Source: a virus. From it: a DNA stretch of 64,000 bases. The stretch is from IMG/VR virus record IMGVR_UViG_3300025120_000034, positions 7,554-71,553 of that record. One strand, written 5' to 3'. Below the pieces are notes generated by a model. That model saw nothing but the letters and a program-made list of their open reading frames with translations. It was not told the DNA's origin and made no database searches. A program made the translations under genes and the position numbers. Shown here one piece after another: positions 36,961 to 47,785 of the stretch (its first letter is position 1; every line of letters starts with the position of its first letter).

Positions 36961-39900
36961 TTAGTTTGTTTCTGAGTTATCTAGTGCTGAGGGTGTATAT
37001 ATTGCATTGACAGCATATAGTTCTTTCTCAGCTGTGTTGTCGTTTGTCAGTTTGAATTTCGCGTAGTAATCTCTCATCTGCTCACCGTTAATTACGTCTG
37101 ACGATACAGCAACAAGAGTATTACCAATCTGTCCAGTAGCCGCCCCAGAAAACCGTAATTTATTTCTGCCTAAAACAGCAGTAATTGTCAACCCTAAATC
37201 TTGCTCGCCGCTTCCTGATATAACTTTTACCGAATCACCAATCCCGAACGGTAGGTTACTTACCCTCCCTGTAAAGGTCACATCTAAAGAATTTCCAGAA
37301 AGAGCCGACACCTCGCCCAACACAACCCTTTCTGTGCCTACGGAATCATTAGAATCCGCTGCAACATCGTTAGGAATGTTAGTGTAGTAAATACCCTCCT
37401 TCTCCTCATACATAGCCTCTGGAATTGAGGTGGTTTGATTGCTGTTGGTTACAACACCAGCCCAAGTATCATTACCCTCAAGGCTTATTGCGTTGTAAAC
37501 TTTTACAGAAGATGGGTTTTTCTTAGAAACGATTTCAATCTCTGAGTTCTTCTGAGCACCGTAGAAATTATTTCTAGTCTCATTAACATTATGTCTGTAA
37601 ATCTGACCAGCTTCAAATGAAAAGAATCTATTATGAAGAGAGGAATACAGCTCTGGATTAAACGAATAAAAGCTTAACCAGAAGTTTTTATCTGTGCTGT
37701 AGGCCAAGGTCTTACCGTCATCGTCAACACCATCTGTAATCGTAATAGTTTTAGATACGTCAGAGGAGGCTCCTTTTTCTATTATGGTGGTAGAGAAGAT
37801 TATACTCCCATCAGCCATATTCATTTTAGCCACACCTCGGTACTTACCGTCTGATGTAATTACATCTGCTTTAAAATCTGAAGTGCTCGCACTTTTATCA
37901 GGACTAACAAAAGACGAACCTCTTTCGGTTAGCTTGTCAATAACCACTAGAGCATCACCAACAGAGTCCCATTCAGGAAGAAATGATACTGGAGTTATGT
38001 TTGTGTCGTCCCACTTAATTGGGTCGGTTGACCAAGAAAGCATATTAGAACCACCGACAACGGGCTTTATCTTACCCACAGCACCAGTAACCCTAGCATT
38101 AGCTGGAGGTTTAGGAACGTTTCCAACATTTAAAGTACCAAGAGTAATATCATTTACGTCTTGACCTTCGACAGTAACTATAAACTCATCATTTTCTGGG
38201 TCAATTCCACACGGAATCCTTGGGATAGAATCCCTGAGCAATAGGTCGGCAAATAAGCTTCCAAAGAACGCAGACATTTTAACCTCGCTTATGGGTTGAA
38301 TACCCTTAGACGACAAGGAGAAAACCTTACCAGCATCCATGTCGCAAAAGTATGTTACTCCAAACCTGTCTACCACAGACTCAGGATTTAATCCCGGACC
38401 AAAAGTTCCTGCAAAGTAAGTTTCAGTTCCTAATACGTTAGTGCTAGTTACCAGCATGCCATCTTTCCCTGCCGATTGAATAAGCGTCCTATCTATTGGT
38501 GTACTGCTAATCTTTTTTTCCTGCATAACAAGAAGTGATTCACCCTTGTCAATTATGGAACACACAGGACCGTTGATTGAGTTGTAATCTTTATAGGAAA
38601 ACAAAAGAGGGTTAAATGTGGAAAGATTCAATACGTTAGAGTCCGATACAAAAGGTGCGCTATATGTGATGGCTGTCGCCCTGCGTATTTCTTCTTGGTC
38701 TGGCGTTTCTATAAATGGCCTGCCAATCGATATGGCTTTTGAATCGAAGTAGTCGCTAACGGACTCGTCCTCTATGACAAATTTCCTGTAAAGCTGATTG
38801 TCAGGTATGGTCGGGTCGTATTTAAAAACAATAGTTTGACCACTGGGTGTATAGTCAGTCTTGGAGTTTCCTAATTGCTCTCTTATTCTTAAGTACATAT
38901 CACCCTTAGTGAGCGTCACCACGCCTTTATGAAGGCTGTTCGGGCTTCCCACGGCGTTATCTACGACACACGGGAATATAGCTCCGTCTGACACGTTTGA
39001 TGTGGTGAACGGCTGTCCTGAGTATACGGTATAGGTATACACCCCATTAGAGTTTGGTACTATACCTTCTATGAAAACATGCTCCCCAGAACCTGCACCT
39101 ATTATAAGCTTATCCCCTAAATACAACCTTGTAGTGGATGTGAAAATAGTAGGGCTTAATACCTGAATAGTAACCGCAGGGCTTACTGAATTCGAGCGGT
39201 CACCCGCATGAGTTCTTACACCGCCAACCTCCAAAATATCATACTGCTTTTCAATCTCGTAGTAAACCCTAGACTCTTCCTCAACGCCTCTCTTAGGTCT
39301 ACATATCTCCACTAAACAGTTTTGGGAGAAGAAGTCCTTTCCTACTAAGATGTCTCCTCTCTTAAAGTTAGAAATATTATTATCCCTAATCGTCAAATAC
39401 CAGCCAGTCCTTCTGTAGTTAGTCTCGTCTTCATCTGGGGAGTTTTGAGAAAGCCTTATAGGGTTCTCGTCATTGTCAGTATAGAACTTATATGAGGTTA
39501 TTTTAAACTCGTGAAGAGGTCTCTGTATATTACCTTCCGAATCTTCGTACTGAAGAATTCTCAGTATATCACCCTCATTATACTCGTAAGATTTACTAGC
39601 CCCCTTGAAGTCCTTATAAGAGTTAGACTTTCCCTCTAGCCCACGAAGAGAAATAAAGATTTGACCGTTAACACCCCCCTCCAGACCAGATAATACGGGC
39701 CTAGTTTTTACACCGTCATTAGAACGGATGTCTGTGAATGTTGTTTGCTTTCCCGTTGCGGCCTCGTTAACCAAGACCTGAAGAACCTCACTATAGGATG
39801 TGTTTTTAGAGTAGACGGGGGCCCATTTAGTTGCCCAACTTGGAGGCTCGTGTAATAATCTGAAGTCTATTTCTGTTCTACCATTATTACCTCCCGGTCT

Positions 39901-42225
39901 TTGCCCGAAATGCTTTACGCTTTTTTCCTCTAAGGGCTGTACGCCAGACGGTCTGTTTCTGTGGTCGTAATAAACGATACCAAAATCATGTGTAGCCCCA
40001 GCCTTAAAAGAAGTAACTGCTTCTCCATCCTGAGTAAAAATAGATATGTCGCCAGAGATAAAGTTATATTCTTCCCAATGACTTCTCAATGCACCTGAAC
40101 CTACACTATAATCACGAACAGTATATCCTGCTCCATTCTCCTGAGAACCTATACTTAATGATACTTTATCAGAAGTAAATAAATTCATCTGATGGTTGTA
40201 CCCACTTCCTTGGAAAATTGACCCGTTATTCGCTCCTACTCCATAGTAAAGATTCGCTGCAAGCTGAGCGTCGGTTCCGCCAACAAAATCATTTGTCACC
40301 GTAGTAGGTCCTACAGTGGTTGGTGCTAAGGCATAGTCGGTATCAAGGCTTATGTCGATACAACGAACCATGCATGTTACTTTTTGAGATTGTTGGTCGT
40401 ATGTAGCACTGTGAACCTTAAACTCACCAAAGCCTGACATCCAAGCTAGGAGACAATCGGCTTCTTGGGTGGTGGGCTGAATGCTGGGGAAACCAGCAGA
40501 TGTCCCAGAGAAAAATGCAGTTGCGCCAATCAGGTTTTGGTTCGGTCCTTCGGTTGAAGGGGTGAGACCTACCGTTGAGGATTCTAATTCATTAACTATA
40601 GCGGATGAAATAAATTCTCCAAAAGAATTAACGTCTTGAAAGTCTTGGCCTTGCGATGTCAAATTAAATTGCAAGGGATTCTGAAACTTAAGATTGCCTA
40701 TCCCAGACTGAATACTATCGGGGTTCAGTATAGTTACATTTTGACTGTGGATTTCCTCTCCGTCGTCGGCGTATGTAGTAGCCAACACACTGAATTGTGT
40801 GTTACTTGCGTTGCTATCTAAATCAGGGGAAATTCCAAACCTATCGCAAGACAAATTAAAGTTCATATTTATCTGCGAATCCGAAGCGTCAAATCCCTGT
40901 GAGGGGAAGTCAGATAAATCAATCTGAAAACTTATTCCGTTTGTAGTGGAATCCCCGTACCTAGCAAAGGTTAGTGACGGAGACAAACTCAGCCATTCTC
41001 CAGATGCATAAAAAGCATTCGTAGAGGTGCCTCCATAAATAGCTCTCCAAGAACTCTGAAACTGGTCTGATGCATAGGAGCCTACTCCAAGAGTTTCGGT
41101 AACGACACCGTTTGTACCGCCAACAACATCAATATTTATAGAAGAAGATGTTTCTATGTCGGGGTGATATACAGGGTATGAAAACACATCTGGCTGGGGT
41201 AGATTATCAAACCCTTCTAAATAGTTACCGTAAAACAGTCTGCTATTCGAAATAGCCTGTGCGGAAGCTACCCTAGGGACAGCGTCGTGAGTTCTATTAA
41301 CCTCTTCAGAGGAGACGTAGCTGTATATCTTGTCGTTTCTGAACGTAAATGTTTGCTCGGTTTGCTGCGGGTCATTACTAAGTTCCTTGACTTTGAAGAA
41401 TGCTCCGTCGTTATTTCGCCTAGCGAACACCCTAATCTTATCTACTGGGCCATCAGAATTTGAAACTGTTACAGCTAATTCATTGTTAAACGCACTAGCA
41501 AACTGAATAGAGGTTGAGTTAAACGCTAAGTTTGTGGGGCTCACGGCTAAAGGCGAGTAAGCGGAAATTGCACTTACCTCACCGTCATCATATATGTATT
41601 GATAGGCAAACTGAAAGCAATTATCCCTGAGGTTATTCTGCCCCACAGATTCGTTAGTTCCAAACTTAAAAGTAGGGACCGATTGAGGCGGTGGTTTACA
41701 AACAGTAAAGAATTTTTCCTTCTGTATGGATGTCCCTGAAGTCAAGTTCGGTCCATACCCGTTGTATAAAAGTCTAGTTGCGTTTATTTTTCTCGGCTCG
41801 TTTCTGTTGTCCGTGAAGTATAGTAGGTGTTCTTCAAATTGATTTATAATAACATCAGCTTTAATAAAACCGTCTCTACTAAAATTAAGAACGGGGTCTT
41901 GATAAAGTTTAATGTACTTGTCATCTATGAAGTCATACTTATATATACCGTGATTTAGATTTGAGTTGTAAACAAAGAAATAAATACACTTTCCAGATTC
42001 GCACGTTACCGCACCTACTGCTCTATTAGTCCCTGAGGGGATAGCATCATCGGTTGTAACCGGGTTTACAATAGTGTTTCCCTTTATATTTCTAACTATT
42101 CCTTGGTCACTTCCATCGTCAGGAGAGATTCGGATGTTAAGAGCATCGGTCATCTCGAAAGGCTTAACCAACCTCTCGTCCTCATCCTTGTTCAGATACT
42201 GGGGTACAAGCTTGTCAATAGCCAT
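36961..42225 (-). CDS. Tail nozzle / stabilization protein (1754 aa)
   Basis: LN.D.DERL..P....DALNIR, LYFTD..NEPRKIN, FQFAY.Y.Y.D.E.SA.S, RL.YGNY.EG.D, HDFGIVYYD...R, NPES, W.SFYSF.P, NFYG motifs typical of Bacteroidota podovirus tail proteins. Confidence 0.7.
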   Translation of the reverse strand: MAIDKLVPQYLNKDEDERLVKPFEMTDALNIRISPDDGSDQGIVRNIKGNTIVNPVTTDDAIPSGTNRAVGAVTCESGKCIYFFVYNSNLNHGIYKYDFIDDKYIKLYQDPVLNFSRDGFIKADVIINQFEEHLLYFTDNRNEPRKINATRLLYNGYGPNLTSGTSIQKEKFFTVCKPPPQSVPTFKFGTNESVGQNNLRDNCFQFAYQYIYDDGEVSAISAYSPLAVSPTNLAFNSTSIQFASAFNNELAVTVSNSDGPVDKIRVFARRNNDGAFFKVKELSNDPQQTEQTFTFRNDKIYSYVSSEEVNRTHDAVPRVASAQAISNSRLFYGNYLEGFDNLPQPDVFSYPVYHPDIETSSSINIDVVGGTNGVVTETLGVGSYASDQFQSSWRAIYGGTSTNAFYASGEWLSLSPSLTFARYGDSTTNGISFQIDLSDFPSQGFDASDSQINMNFNLSCDRFGISPDLDSNASNTQFSVLATTYADDGEEIHSQNVTILNPDSIQSGIGNLKFQNPLQFNLTSQGQDFQDVNSFGEFISSAIVNELESSTVGLTPSTEGPNQNLIGATAFFSGTSAGFPSIQPTTQEADCLLAWMSGFGEFKVHSATYDQQSQKVTCMVRCIDISLDTDYALAPTTVGPTTVTNDFVGGTDAQLAANLYYGVGANNGSIFQGSGYNHQMNLFTSDKVSLSIGSQENGAGYTVRDYSVGSGALRSHWEEYNFISGDISIFTQDGEAVTSFKAGATHDFGIVYYDHRNRPSGVQPLEEKSVKHFGQRPGGNNGRTEIDFRLLHEPPSWATKWAPVYSKNTSYSEVLQVLVNEAATGKQTTFTDIRSNDGVKTRPVLSGLEGGVNGQIFISLRGLEGKSNSYKDFKGASKSYEYNEGDILRILQYEDSEGNIQRPLHEFKITSYKFYTDNDENPIRLSQNSPDEDETNYRRTGWYLTIRDNNISNFKRGDILVGKDFFSQNCLVEICRPKRGVEEESRVYYEIEKQYDILEVGGVRTHAGDRSNSVSPAVTIQVLSPTIFTSTTRLYLGDKLIIGAGSGEHVFIEGIVPNSNGVYTYTVYSGQPFTTSNVSDGAIFPCVVDNAVGSPNSLHKGVVTLTKGDMYLRIREQLGNSKTDYTPSGQTIVFKYDPTIPDNQLYRKFVIEDESVSDYFDSKAISIGRPFIETPDQEEIRRATAITYSAPFVSDSNVLNLSTFNPLLFSYKDYNSINGPVCSIIDKGESLLVMQEKKISSTPIDRTLIQSAGKDGMLVTSTNVLGTETYFAGTFGPGLNPESVVDRFGVTYFCDMDAGKVFSLSSKGIQPISEVKMSAFFGSLFADLLLRDSIPRIPCGIDPENDEFIVTVEGQDVNDITLGTLNVGNVPKPPANARVTGAVGKIKPVVGGSNMLSWSTDPIKWDDTNITPVSFLPEWDSVGDALVVIDKLTERGSSFVSPDKSASTSDFKADVITSDGKYRGVAKMNMADGSIIFSTTIIEKGASSDVSKTITITDGVDDDGKTLAYSTDKNFWLSFYSFNPELYSSLHNRFFSFEAGQIYRHNVNETRNNFYGAQKNSEIEIVSKKNPSSVKVYNAISLEGNDTWAGVVTNSNQTTSIPEAMYEEKEGIYYTNIPNDVAADSNDSVGTERVVLGEVSALSGNSLDVTFTGRVSNLPFGIGDSVKVISGSGEQDLGLTITAVLGRNKLRFSGAATGQIGNTLVAVSSDVINGEQMRDYYAKFKLTNDNTAEKELYAVNAIYTPSALDNSETN

Positions 42226-43028
42226 TAATACTTAGGTGCTTGTTTGAAGTTCTTTCTAATTGTCTTGAGTGCCTCTTCACCGCTAAACGCCTTAAGCCTT
42301 GCGTTAGCCTTGCGTCTCTCGTTGTAGTATTCCTGACGAGCTCTACCCTTCTCTCCGAGTGGGACACTTCCCTTCCTTTCTACAAGCTTGTAGTAGATGT
42401 AAGAACGTAACGCCTCTTCTGCTTCAACATGCACTGTCGGGTTAACCGAGCGAGCCTCGTCAGCTATGTACTCAATTACAACCTCAGAGAAAGTACCGCC
42501 AGAAACTTCAATCCTGTTCTGGTCTTCGTTGAGTCGATACTGCCCACTATAAAAACCTCCGCCTAATCCATACAGCTGACCAACTCCACCCTGAAAAATG
42601 TAATTACTAAACGTCATAAAGTCGTCCTCGCTAAACAAGCTTCCAGTTGAACCCGTCTTTGAGTCAACCCTATCAGCAATCCCATCACCATCAGAGTCGA
42701 TGATGTTACCAGACGAATCAGTAGAATACTTCTGAGAGTAGTTAATGTTTTTGTTCTCACCAAACACACTAACCAATCCATCATTACCCACGATACCTAT
42801 CTTAATCAATGAGACGAAATCATCAGGGAGAGTAACTGTATCGTTAGAGTTCTTGGTTAGTTTAATTGACCTTACCCTCTTAAGCATGTCAAAGCCCATC
42901 TCCCGGATTCCCCTGAGTGCAACGTTTTTAATAACAACGTCAGAAACATTGTTTACGTAATCATCTGAATCGAGCGTCAGTACAAAGTCATTGACTACCT
43001 GCTCTACTGTAACTAAGTTCCTTGCCAT
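42225..43028 (-). CDS. Tail adaptor/ring protein
   Basis: LPDDFV...KI, V.IEYI.D motifs; position after the capsid cluster. Confidence 0.6.
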   Translation of the reverse strand: MARNLVTVEQVVNDFVLTLDSDDYVNNVSDVVIKNVALRGIREMGFDMLKRVRSIKLTKNSNDTVTLPDDFVSLIKIGIVGNDGLVSVFGENKNINYSQKYSTDSSGNIIDSDGDGIADRVDSKTGSTGSLFSEDDFMTFSNYIFQGGVGQLYGLGGGFYSGQYRLNEDQNRIEVSGGTFSEVVIEYIADEARSVNPTVHVEAEEALRSYIYYKLVERKGSVPLGEKGRARQEYYNERRKANARLKAFSGEEALKTIRKNFKQAPKY

Positions 43029-43031
43029 CTA

Positions 43032-43769
43032 TCAACGCTTTTGTTTCTGTCCTTCTGCGTAGTTGTAGATGCTGGCATCACGCAGGTTAACACCAATGAG
43101 TCTAGCCATCTCCTCAACAAGCTCTGGTATATAGTGCTCAGGCAACTCAAAGTCAACACTAGTGGAAGCTGTGTACACCTCCTTGTTATTGGTTACAGTG
43201 AAACCAAACTTAGGCATTGAAGCTGTCCTCGCCCCCGTTGTGGCTAACAGTCCTTCTGGCTGCTTATAATACCTTACACTAATCTTCTTAATGCTGTCAG
43301 GGAATACCATGACCTCATCATCTAAGAAAGCTACAGGCGAGTCTTCAGTTGGTTTACTGAGATTACTATTAAGCACATACTCAAGCTTTTCTTCATCATA
43401 CTCTACTGGAATTGTTACAGAGCTACTTACATCCATTAGGATGCTTCCAAACGTTTTAACTGTAATAATCCTAGATAGGTCATCTGGCTTTGCAAAGTGA
43501 GAACCCACGGTTCTTGTGATTGCTCCTGATGTTTTTGAAAATAATGACAGGTCTTCCTTGACTTGTTTGCCAAGTGACTTATCTCTGCCGGGGTCGATAC
43601 CCCTACGTCTCATTGCTTCTGCATTACCCAACTTATTAAATATGTTGTTAAACACATTCGTTTGGGCTATAGGTGCAAACGCATTGAATTGACTAGGTGT
43701 AACAAACCCTCGCTGGTCTTTGTTTGCGATATCTTTCAGTGCATTGTAAACTTCTCTAACGCTTGCCAT
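43032..43769 (-). CDS. Head-tail adaptor/ring protein
   Basis: VY......NKDQRG.VTP..FN.FA..AQ, Y.K.P, SVDFELP; TATATTTG element at 43789-43796. Confidence 0.6.
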   Translation of the reverse strand: MASVREVYNALKDIANKDQRGFVTPSQFNAFAPIAQTNVFNNIFNKLGNAEAMRRRGIDPGRDKSLGKQVKEDLSLFSKTSGAITRTVGSHFAKPDDLSRIITVKTFGSILMDVSSSVTIPVEYDEEKLEYVLNSNLSKPTEDSPVAFLDDEVMVFPDSIKKISVRYYKQPEGLLATTGARTASMPKFGFTVTNNKEVYTASTSVDFELPEHYIPELVEEMARLIGVNLRDASIYNYAEGQKQKR

Positions 43770-43798
43770 AGTTGAGGGGAATCTCCAGCAAATATACA

Positions 43799-43827
43799 GA
43801 AAAAGAAAGGGGGCTAATGCCCCCCTT
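43799..43827 (-). terminator. Rho-independent terminator
   Basis: Minus strand GGGGGC-ATTA-GCCCCC followed by TTTCTTTTTC, downstream of the 274-aa gene. Confidence 0.75.
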
Positions 43828-43849
43828 CGTCTGATGAGAATACCGATGA

Positions 43850-44674
43850 TTAAGCAAGTGCCTCAAGCTGGCGTTCCAGCTCCGACAGGACAGAAGCTCC
43901 CTTATCAGTCATTACAAATCTAGTCATTACCTCGATAATATCCTGACCTAATGGTACAGAAACAATCATCTTTCCTGTGTCAAACCAAACACAAGCTCCG
44001 TTTCTTTCCTCAATTATTTGGAAATCAATGGATTGAGCTACGGTTGAGCGAGCGTTAACCATCGGACTATCAATCGTAGACATAAAATCGTCTGGCTTAT
44101 TCTTTGCGTATTTAATCAAGGCATGCTTTATCGATAAGTCCTTTTGATTGGTGTTGATGTTAAGTGCCATAGCCACTGGTAACAACTCATCAATCGGTCT
44201 GTTCTTGATAATAGAAATAGCATCGCTGACCTTGAACTCCTCCTCTACGTCAACCTCTACATTCTCATCTTTCTGAACCAGCTTGAATATATTACCGCCA
44301 TTCTTTACGTTTCCCGGATGCGTGTCCATAAACGCCCTGAGGTTAGGTTGGGTGGGTGGTACTGTCAAATACTTTTTATCAAAAAACAAGGGTTCTATTA
44401 GAGCCCCTTCTGACTGTTCGTCGATGTAGATAGACTTCTCCATAGGCGCATACCTAATACCCCTTACTGAATTAGACGGCTCATCATACACCTGAATGTT
44501 TTTAGTGGGTAGCCTTCTCATGAAGTTACTTCCGTCAATACATTCATAGAGCCTAGCTTGTTTGGCTAAGTCTGGAATTTCTCTCCTGATAATAGGAGAT
44601 TTTTTGCGAGCTGTTGCAGGTTCTTGTTTAGGCGGTCTGCCCCCGCGCTTCTTAGTCTGTTCCATTTTATACAA
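43850..44674 (-). CDS. Conserved hypothetical protein downstream of the capsid gene (274 aa)
   Basis: Long ORF with an N-terminal KRGGRPPK (AT-hook-like) segment. Confidence 0.75.
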   Translation of the reverse strand: MYKMEQTKKRGGRPPKQEPATARKKSPIIRREIPDLAKQARLYECIDGSNFMRRLPTKNIQVYDEPSNSVRGIRYAPMEKSIYIDEQSEGALIEPLFFDKKYLTVPPTQPNLRAFMDTHPGNVKNGGNIFKLVQKDENVEVDVEEEFKVSDAISIIKNRPIDELLPVAMALNINTNQKDLSIKHALIKYAKNKPDDFMSTIDSPMVNARSTVAQSIDFQIIEERNGACVWFDTGKMIVSVPLGQDIIEVMTRFVMTDKGASVLSELERQLEALA

Positions 44675-44691
44675 TTTAAATTAGGAGATAA

Positions 44692-44717
44692 TGAAGGGGA
44701 GAGCGATTCCCTCCCCC
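44692..44717 (-). terminator. Hairpin after the major capsid gene (terminator/attenuator)
   Basis: Minus strand GGGGAGGG-AATCG-CTCTCCCC then TTCATT (weak U tract). Confidence 0.55.
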
Positions 44718-44732
44718 GCATTACCAATTAGA

Positions 44733-46109
44733 TTACTTAATCAATACGTGCTGGTTTGCAGCTCGTGTCACCAAGCAGCATTCAGAACGGTAGTGAAACT
44801 TAGCGATGTCAGTGGTATCGTTAGTGAAACCAAGAACACCACCACCAGTTACCCAGTGGTCCATTTCTCTGTTGTATCCATTAGCAGCCTTATAGTTAAG
44901 CTCTAGAGAAGGTGCTTTATTACCTGTCTTCGGGTCTACAACATTAGCCAAAGGAATCAAACATCCTTTTGCAATAGCCTGACCGTTGGTGTTACCCAAC
45001 AAGTTAGGGCTGTTCAAAAGACCCATCTTCTTCATGTGGAAAGTGTAACCACCTCTAGCGAAGCTTTGGAAACCGAGGTTAACAGCTGCGGCAGAGTCAT
45101 TGTTGAATGTGCCATAAGCAGCATTGTCAGCCTCTCCAGCAACGAATCCGTTGAAGGCAGCAAACAAGCTACTGTTTAACATAGCTGCATACTCAACAGG
45201 GGCCCCTTGCTTATCCAAGAGAGCGATAGTAGCATCCAACTCTGTAAGGTTATCCAAGTCTCCTGCGGCTCCAGTAATACCTCTTTCTCTTACAGCGGCG
45301 AAGTAGCCTTCCGTTCCTGAGATACCGGTTGGGACGGATGTCTTTTCGCCCAAAAGCATGGTCAACTCTCTAGCGTCTAGGAAACGCTGACGAGCATCCA
45401 TCTCACCTTTGATGTACCATCTGTAGTCTCCTCCACCAACGTCGATATAACCGATGTTAGTTGCGGCAGAACCACTTACTTGATAGCTTTCCTTAACGAT
45501 AGCGAAGGGGTTAGTTCTCTTCACGATGTTAGACTCAATGTATCGGGTGGGTTGGTCCGTTCCTTGAGCGTACATGTTACCTACGATAGGAAACTGAACT
45601 ATCGCATCGTCTGCAATAGCGGCCAAGTTTTCACCGTCCAGAGACTCAATAGTAAATGCGCCAGTAGAAGGAGTAGCAGCAGTAACGATTGCAACTTTTC
45701 CTGTCGTATCGAGAACGAGGTCACCCTTACGCACCTTCAAACCAATTAAGCTATCTGTACCAGCTGCGTCAGCATCGGTTGCTGCTAAGGTTTGAGAGGC
45801 TGCCGCGTCAATATCGGCACTACCGGCGATATTCTTAATTTGCTGAATAGGGTGTAGACGAGTCTCCTCAAAATAGGTTACGTCATCAGCTGTACCTACA
45901 GCTTTAGTTGCCCCCATCAACTCCAACAAACCAGAGATACCCTGATTTCCAAAAGTTTTTGTGAGGTCTTTTCTAACGTCTGGTGCAATGTTATCGGCAA
46001 GGTCACCTAAGGAGGCGTACTTTGCTGCTGGTGTACCAAAGTTAAAGGCGTTGCTCACCGCACCTTTTGGTGCGTTTAGAGCGTTTTGGCCTTGAATTTC
46101 TTGAGCCAT
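44733..46109 (-). CDS. Major capsid protein
   Basis: 458 aa after the acidic scaffold and followed by a hairpin; E.RLH, N...IVKE.Y.VSGS..TNIG, GTEG.FAA...RG, NLGF.SF.RG.Y.F, SE.CL....AN motifs of Bacteroidota podovirus capsids. Confidence 0.8.
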   Translation of the reverse strand: MAQEIQGQNALNAPKGAVSNAFNFGTPAAKYASLGDLADNIAPDVRKDLTKTFGNQGISGLLELMGATKAVGTADDVTYFEETRLHPIQQIKNIAGSADIDAAASQTLAATDADAAGTDSLIGLKVRKGDLVLDTTGKVAIVTAATPSTGAFTIESLDGENLAAIADDAIVQFPIVGNMYAQGTDQPTRYIESNIVKRTNPFAIVKESYQVSGSAATNIGYIDVGGGDYRWYIKGEMDARQRFLDARELTMLLGEKTSVPTGISGTEGYFAAVRERGITGAAGDLDNLTELDATIALLDKQGAPVEYAAMLNSSLFAAFNGFVAGEADNAAYGTFNNDSAAAVNLGFQSFARGGYTFHMKKMGLLNSPNLLGNTNGQAIAKGCLIPLANVVDPKTGNKAPSLELNYKAANGYNREMDHWVTGGGVLGFTNDTTDIAKFHYRSECCLVTRAANQHVLIK

Positions 46110-46123
46110 TTGTTCTAAGTTTT

Positions 46124-47212
46124 TTAGATGTTAAAAGTCATTGTTGACCCCCCACCTAAAGCATTGCGAAGCTGTTCTGCGATACTATCTGACTGCTGAG
46201 ATGTGTCTCTTTGAGCTGATTCATTGCTTACGTTAGCAGCTGACTGTACAACTTTCTTTTGACCGTCACTCATACCCTGTTGGTAAACAGATTGTACGAT
46301 GCTGTCAATATTGTCAACCAGTGCCCTGTGTGCATTAAGCTTCTCAAAGTTCCAATCACCTTGGTCACTCACATAGTCATCGAAGTATTGCTCCAGCTGA
46401 GTGTTCTTTGCTACCAGTTCCTTTCGATAATCGTCTTTGATTCCGTAGGTGAATTTCTCACCAGATGGAAGTTCAAAAACCAAACCATCGAAATCTTGGA
46501 CCTCGGCAGACATAGTCTTCAGCCAATCTTCTGTAATGGGGGATTGCGCTTCGGTTTCTCCCTGTTCATTTACGGGTAGTTGATACCCGTCTCTCAGTTC
46601 AGAGATAGACTTCCGTGCAGTTTCCGCGTCCATCTTAAGCTGTAGTTTAGCCATCGAGACTTCGTTCTCGTCGTATCGGTCAGCATCCATTTTGTACTTA
46701 TTCCCCACGAGCATGTTAATCTCATCGAGAGATAGGTTGTCGTGTTGAATAACCATCTGGTTACGTACAGCTGTCATGTCATCCATTTCAGATGGGTTCA
46801 ACTGCTGATACTTATACCAGTCTTCTGGACTGCGTCCCGTCTTCTTAACGAAGTCATTGATTGCTGCTACGCGCTCGTCAATTTCTGCGGGTTTATTTGA
46901 AATCATTTCAGTCAAAGCATCGTATCCGGAGAACTCAGTCCCAAGCTTTTCGCTTAAGTATCTAAGAACTTCAGAATCGACATCAATGTCTGGGATTGAT
47001 TCAGATTCATTTGTTATCGCTTCCTGAACGGGAACTGAAGGTTCAACCTCAGGCTCCGCGACAGGTGCGTTATTTTCAACAGGAGTTTGTTCAACCACTG
47101 CTTGCTCTTGTACAGGCTGTTCTGTAACATTCTCTGTTGGTTCTTGTGTAGGCGGAGTATCACTGATTGCAAAACCAGCAGCCTCCATCGCCTCTTCTAA
47201 TTCTTTACTCAT
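46124..47212 (-). CDS. Capsid scaffolding protein
   Basis: Acidic low-complexity N-terminus, helical body, immediately upstream of the capsid gene. Confidence 0.65.
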   Translation of the reverse strand: MSKELEEAMEAAGFAISDTPPTQEPTENVTEQPVQEQAVVEQTPVENNAPVAEPEVEPSVPVQEAITNESESIPDIDVDSEVLRYLSEKLGTEFSGYDALTEMISNKPAEIDERVAAINDFVKKTGRSPEDWYKYQQLNPSEMDDMTAVRNQMVIQHDNLSLDEINMLVGNKYKMDADRYDENEVSMAKLQLKMDAETARKSISELRDGYQLPVNEQGETEAQSPITEDWLKTMSAEVQDFDGLVFELPSGEKFTYGIKDDYRKELVAKNTQLEQYFDDYVSDQGDWNFEKLNAHRALVDNIDSIVQSVYQQGMSDGQKKVVQSAANVSNESAQRDTSQQSDSIAEQLRNALGGGSTMTFNI

Positions 47213-47218
47213 ATCTAT

Positions 47219-47539
47219 TTATTTAAATTTCTTTTTTTGTCCTTTAGGTGGGGTCTTTGAATGACCTCCCGCCTTCCAAAGGAATCTATTTGCCCAGTAT
47301 GCGGCACTGCCCTTTCGTGCAATATTCTTAGCGTGTCTGCTTTTAAACGCAGCCCTTGCTTTAGCATTGTAATTATTCCCCATGCTCTGGTCTCCAAAGC
47401 GAATGAGAACACCAGCTTCTTGACCGGGACCAAGAGTACTAACTACAGCTGCCTTTTTTGTTGCATGGCCTTTAGTCAACTTAGGTTTGTTGACTCCTTT
47501 AAAACCTAGCTTCTTAGCTTTATCTGCGGCACTGGACAT
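47219..47539 (-). CDS. Small basic protein (106 aa)
   Basis: NKPK.T..H..K..V, IRFG.Q, R..FK.RHAKNI..K.SAAYWA...LW motif; TATCTTTG element at 47544-47551. Confidence 0.7.
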   Translation of the reverse strand: MSSAADKAKKLGFKGVNKPKLTKGHATKKAAVVSTLGPGQEAGVLIRFGDQSMGNNYNAKARAAFKSRHAKNIARKGSAAYWANRFLWKAGGHSKTPPKGQKKKFK

Positions 47540-47572
47540 TTAGCAAAGATAATGAAAAGAGGATAAGGCTTT

Positions 47573-47785
47573 TTAAGGCATCAAAGACGCTATCAGTGCT
47601 TTATCTGATTCTGATAGAACTACTTGCTGTTGAATAATTTCTGCTTCATCATCTGAAATAACGCCATTGTTATCATAGGATGTAATCATTGCCAATTTTA
47701 CCTGCAAATTGTAATCGCCTTCGACTATGTGTTGGACAACTAAATCCTCACCTAACAAGTCCACAACTGCTTTTATCTTGTTCAT
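47573..47785 (-). CDS. Hypothetical protein (70 aa)
   Basis: Coupled to the upstream gene. Confidence 0.6.
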   Translation of the reverse strand: MNKIKAVVDLLGEDLVVQHIVEGDYNLQVKLAMITSYDNNGVISDDEAEIIQQQVVLSESDKALIASLMP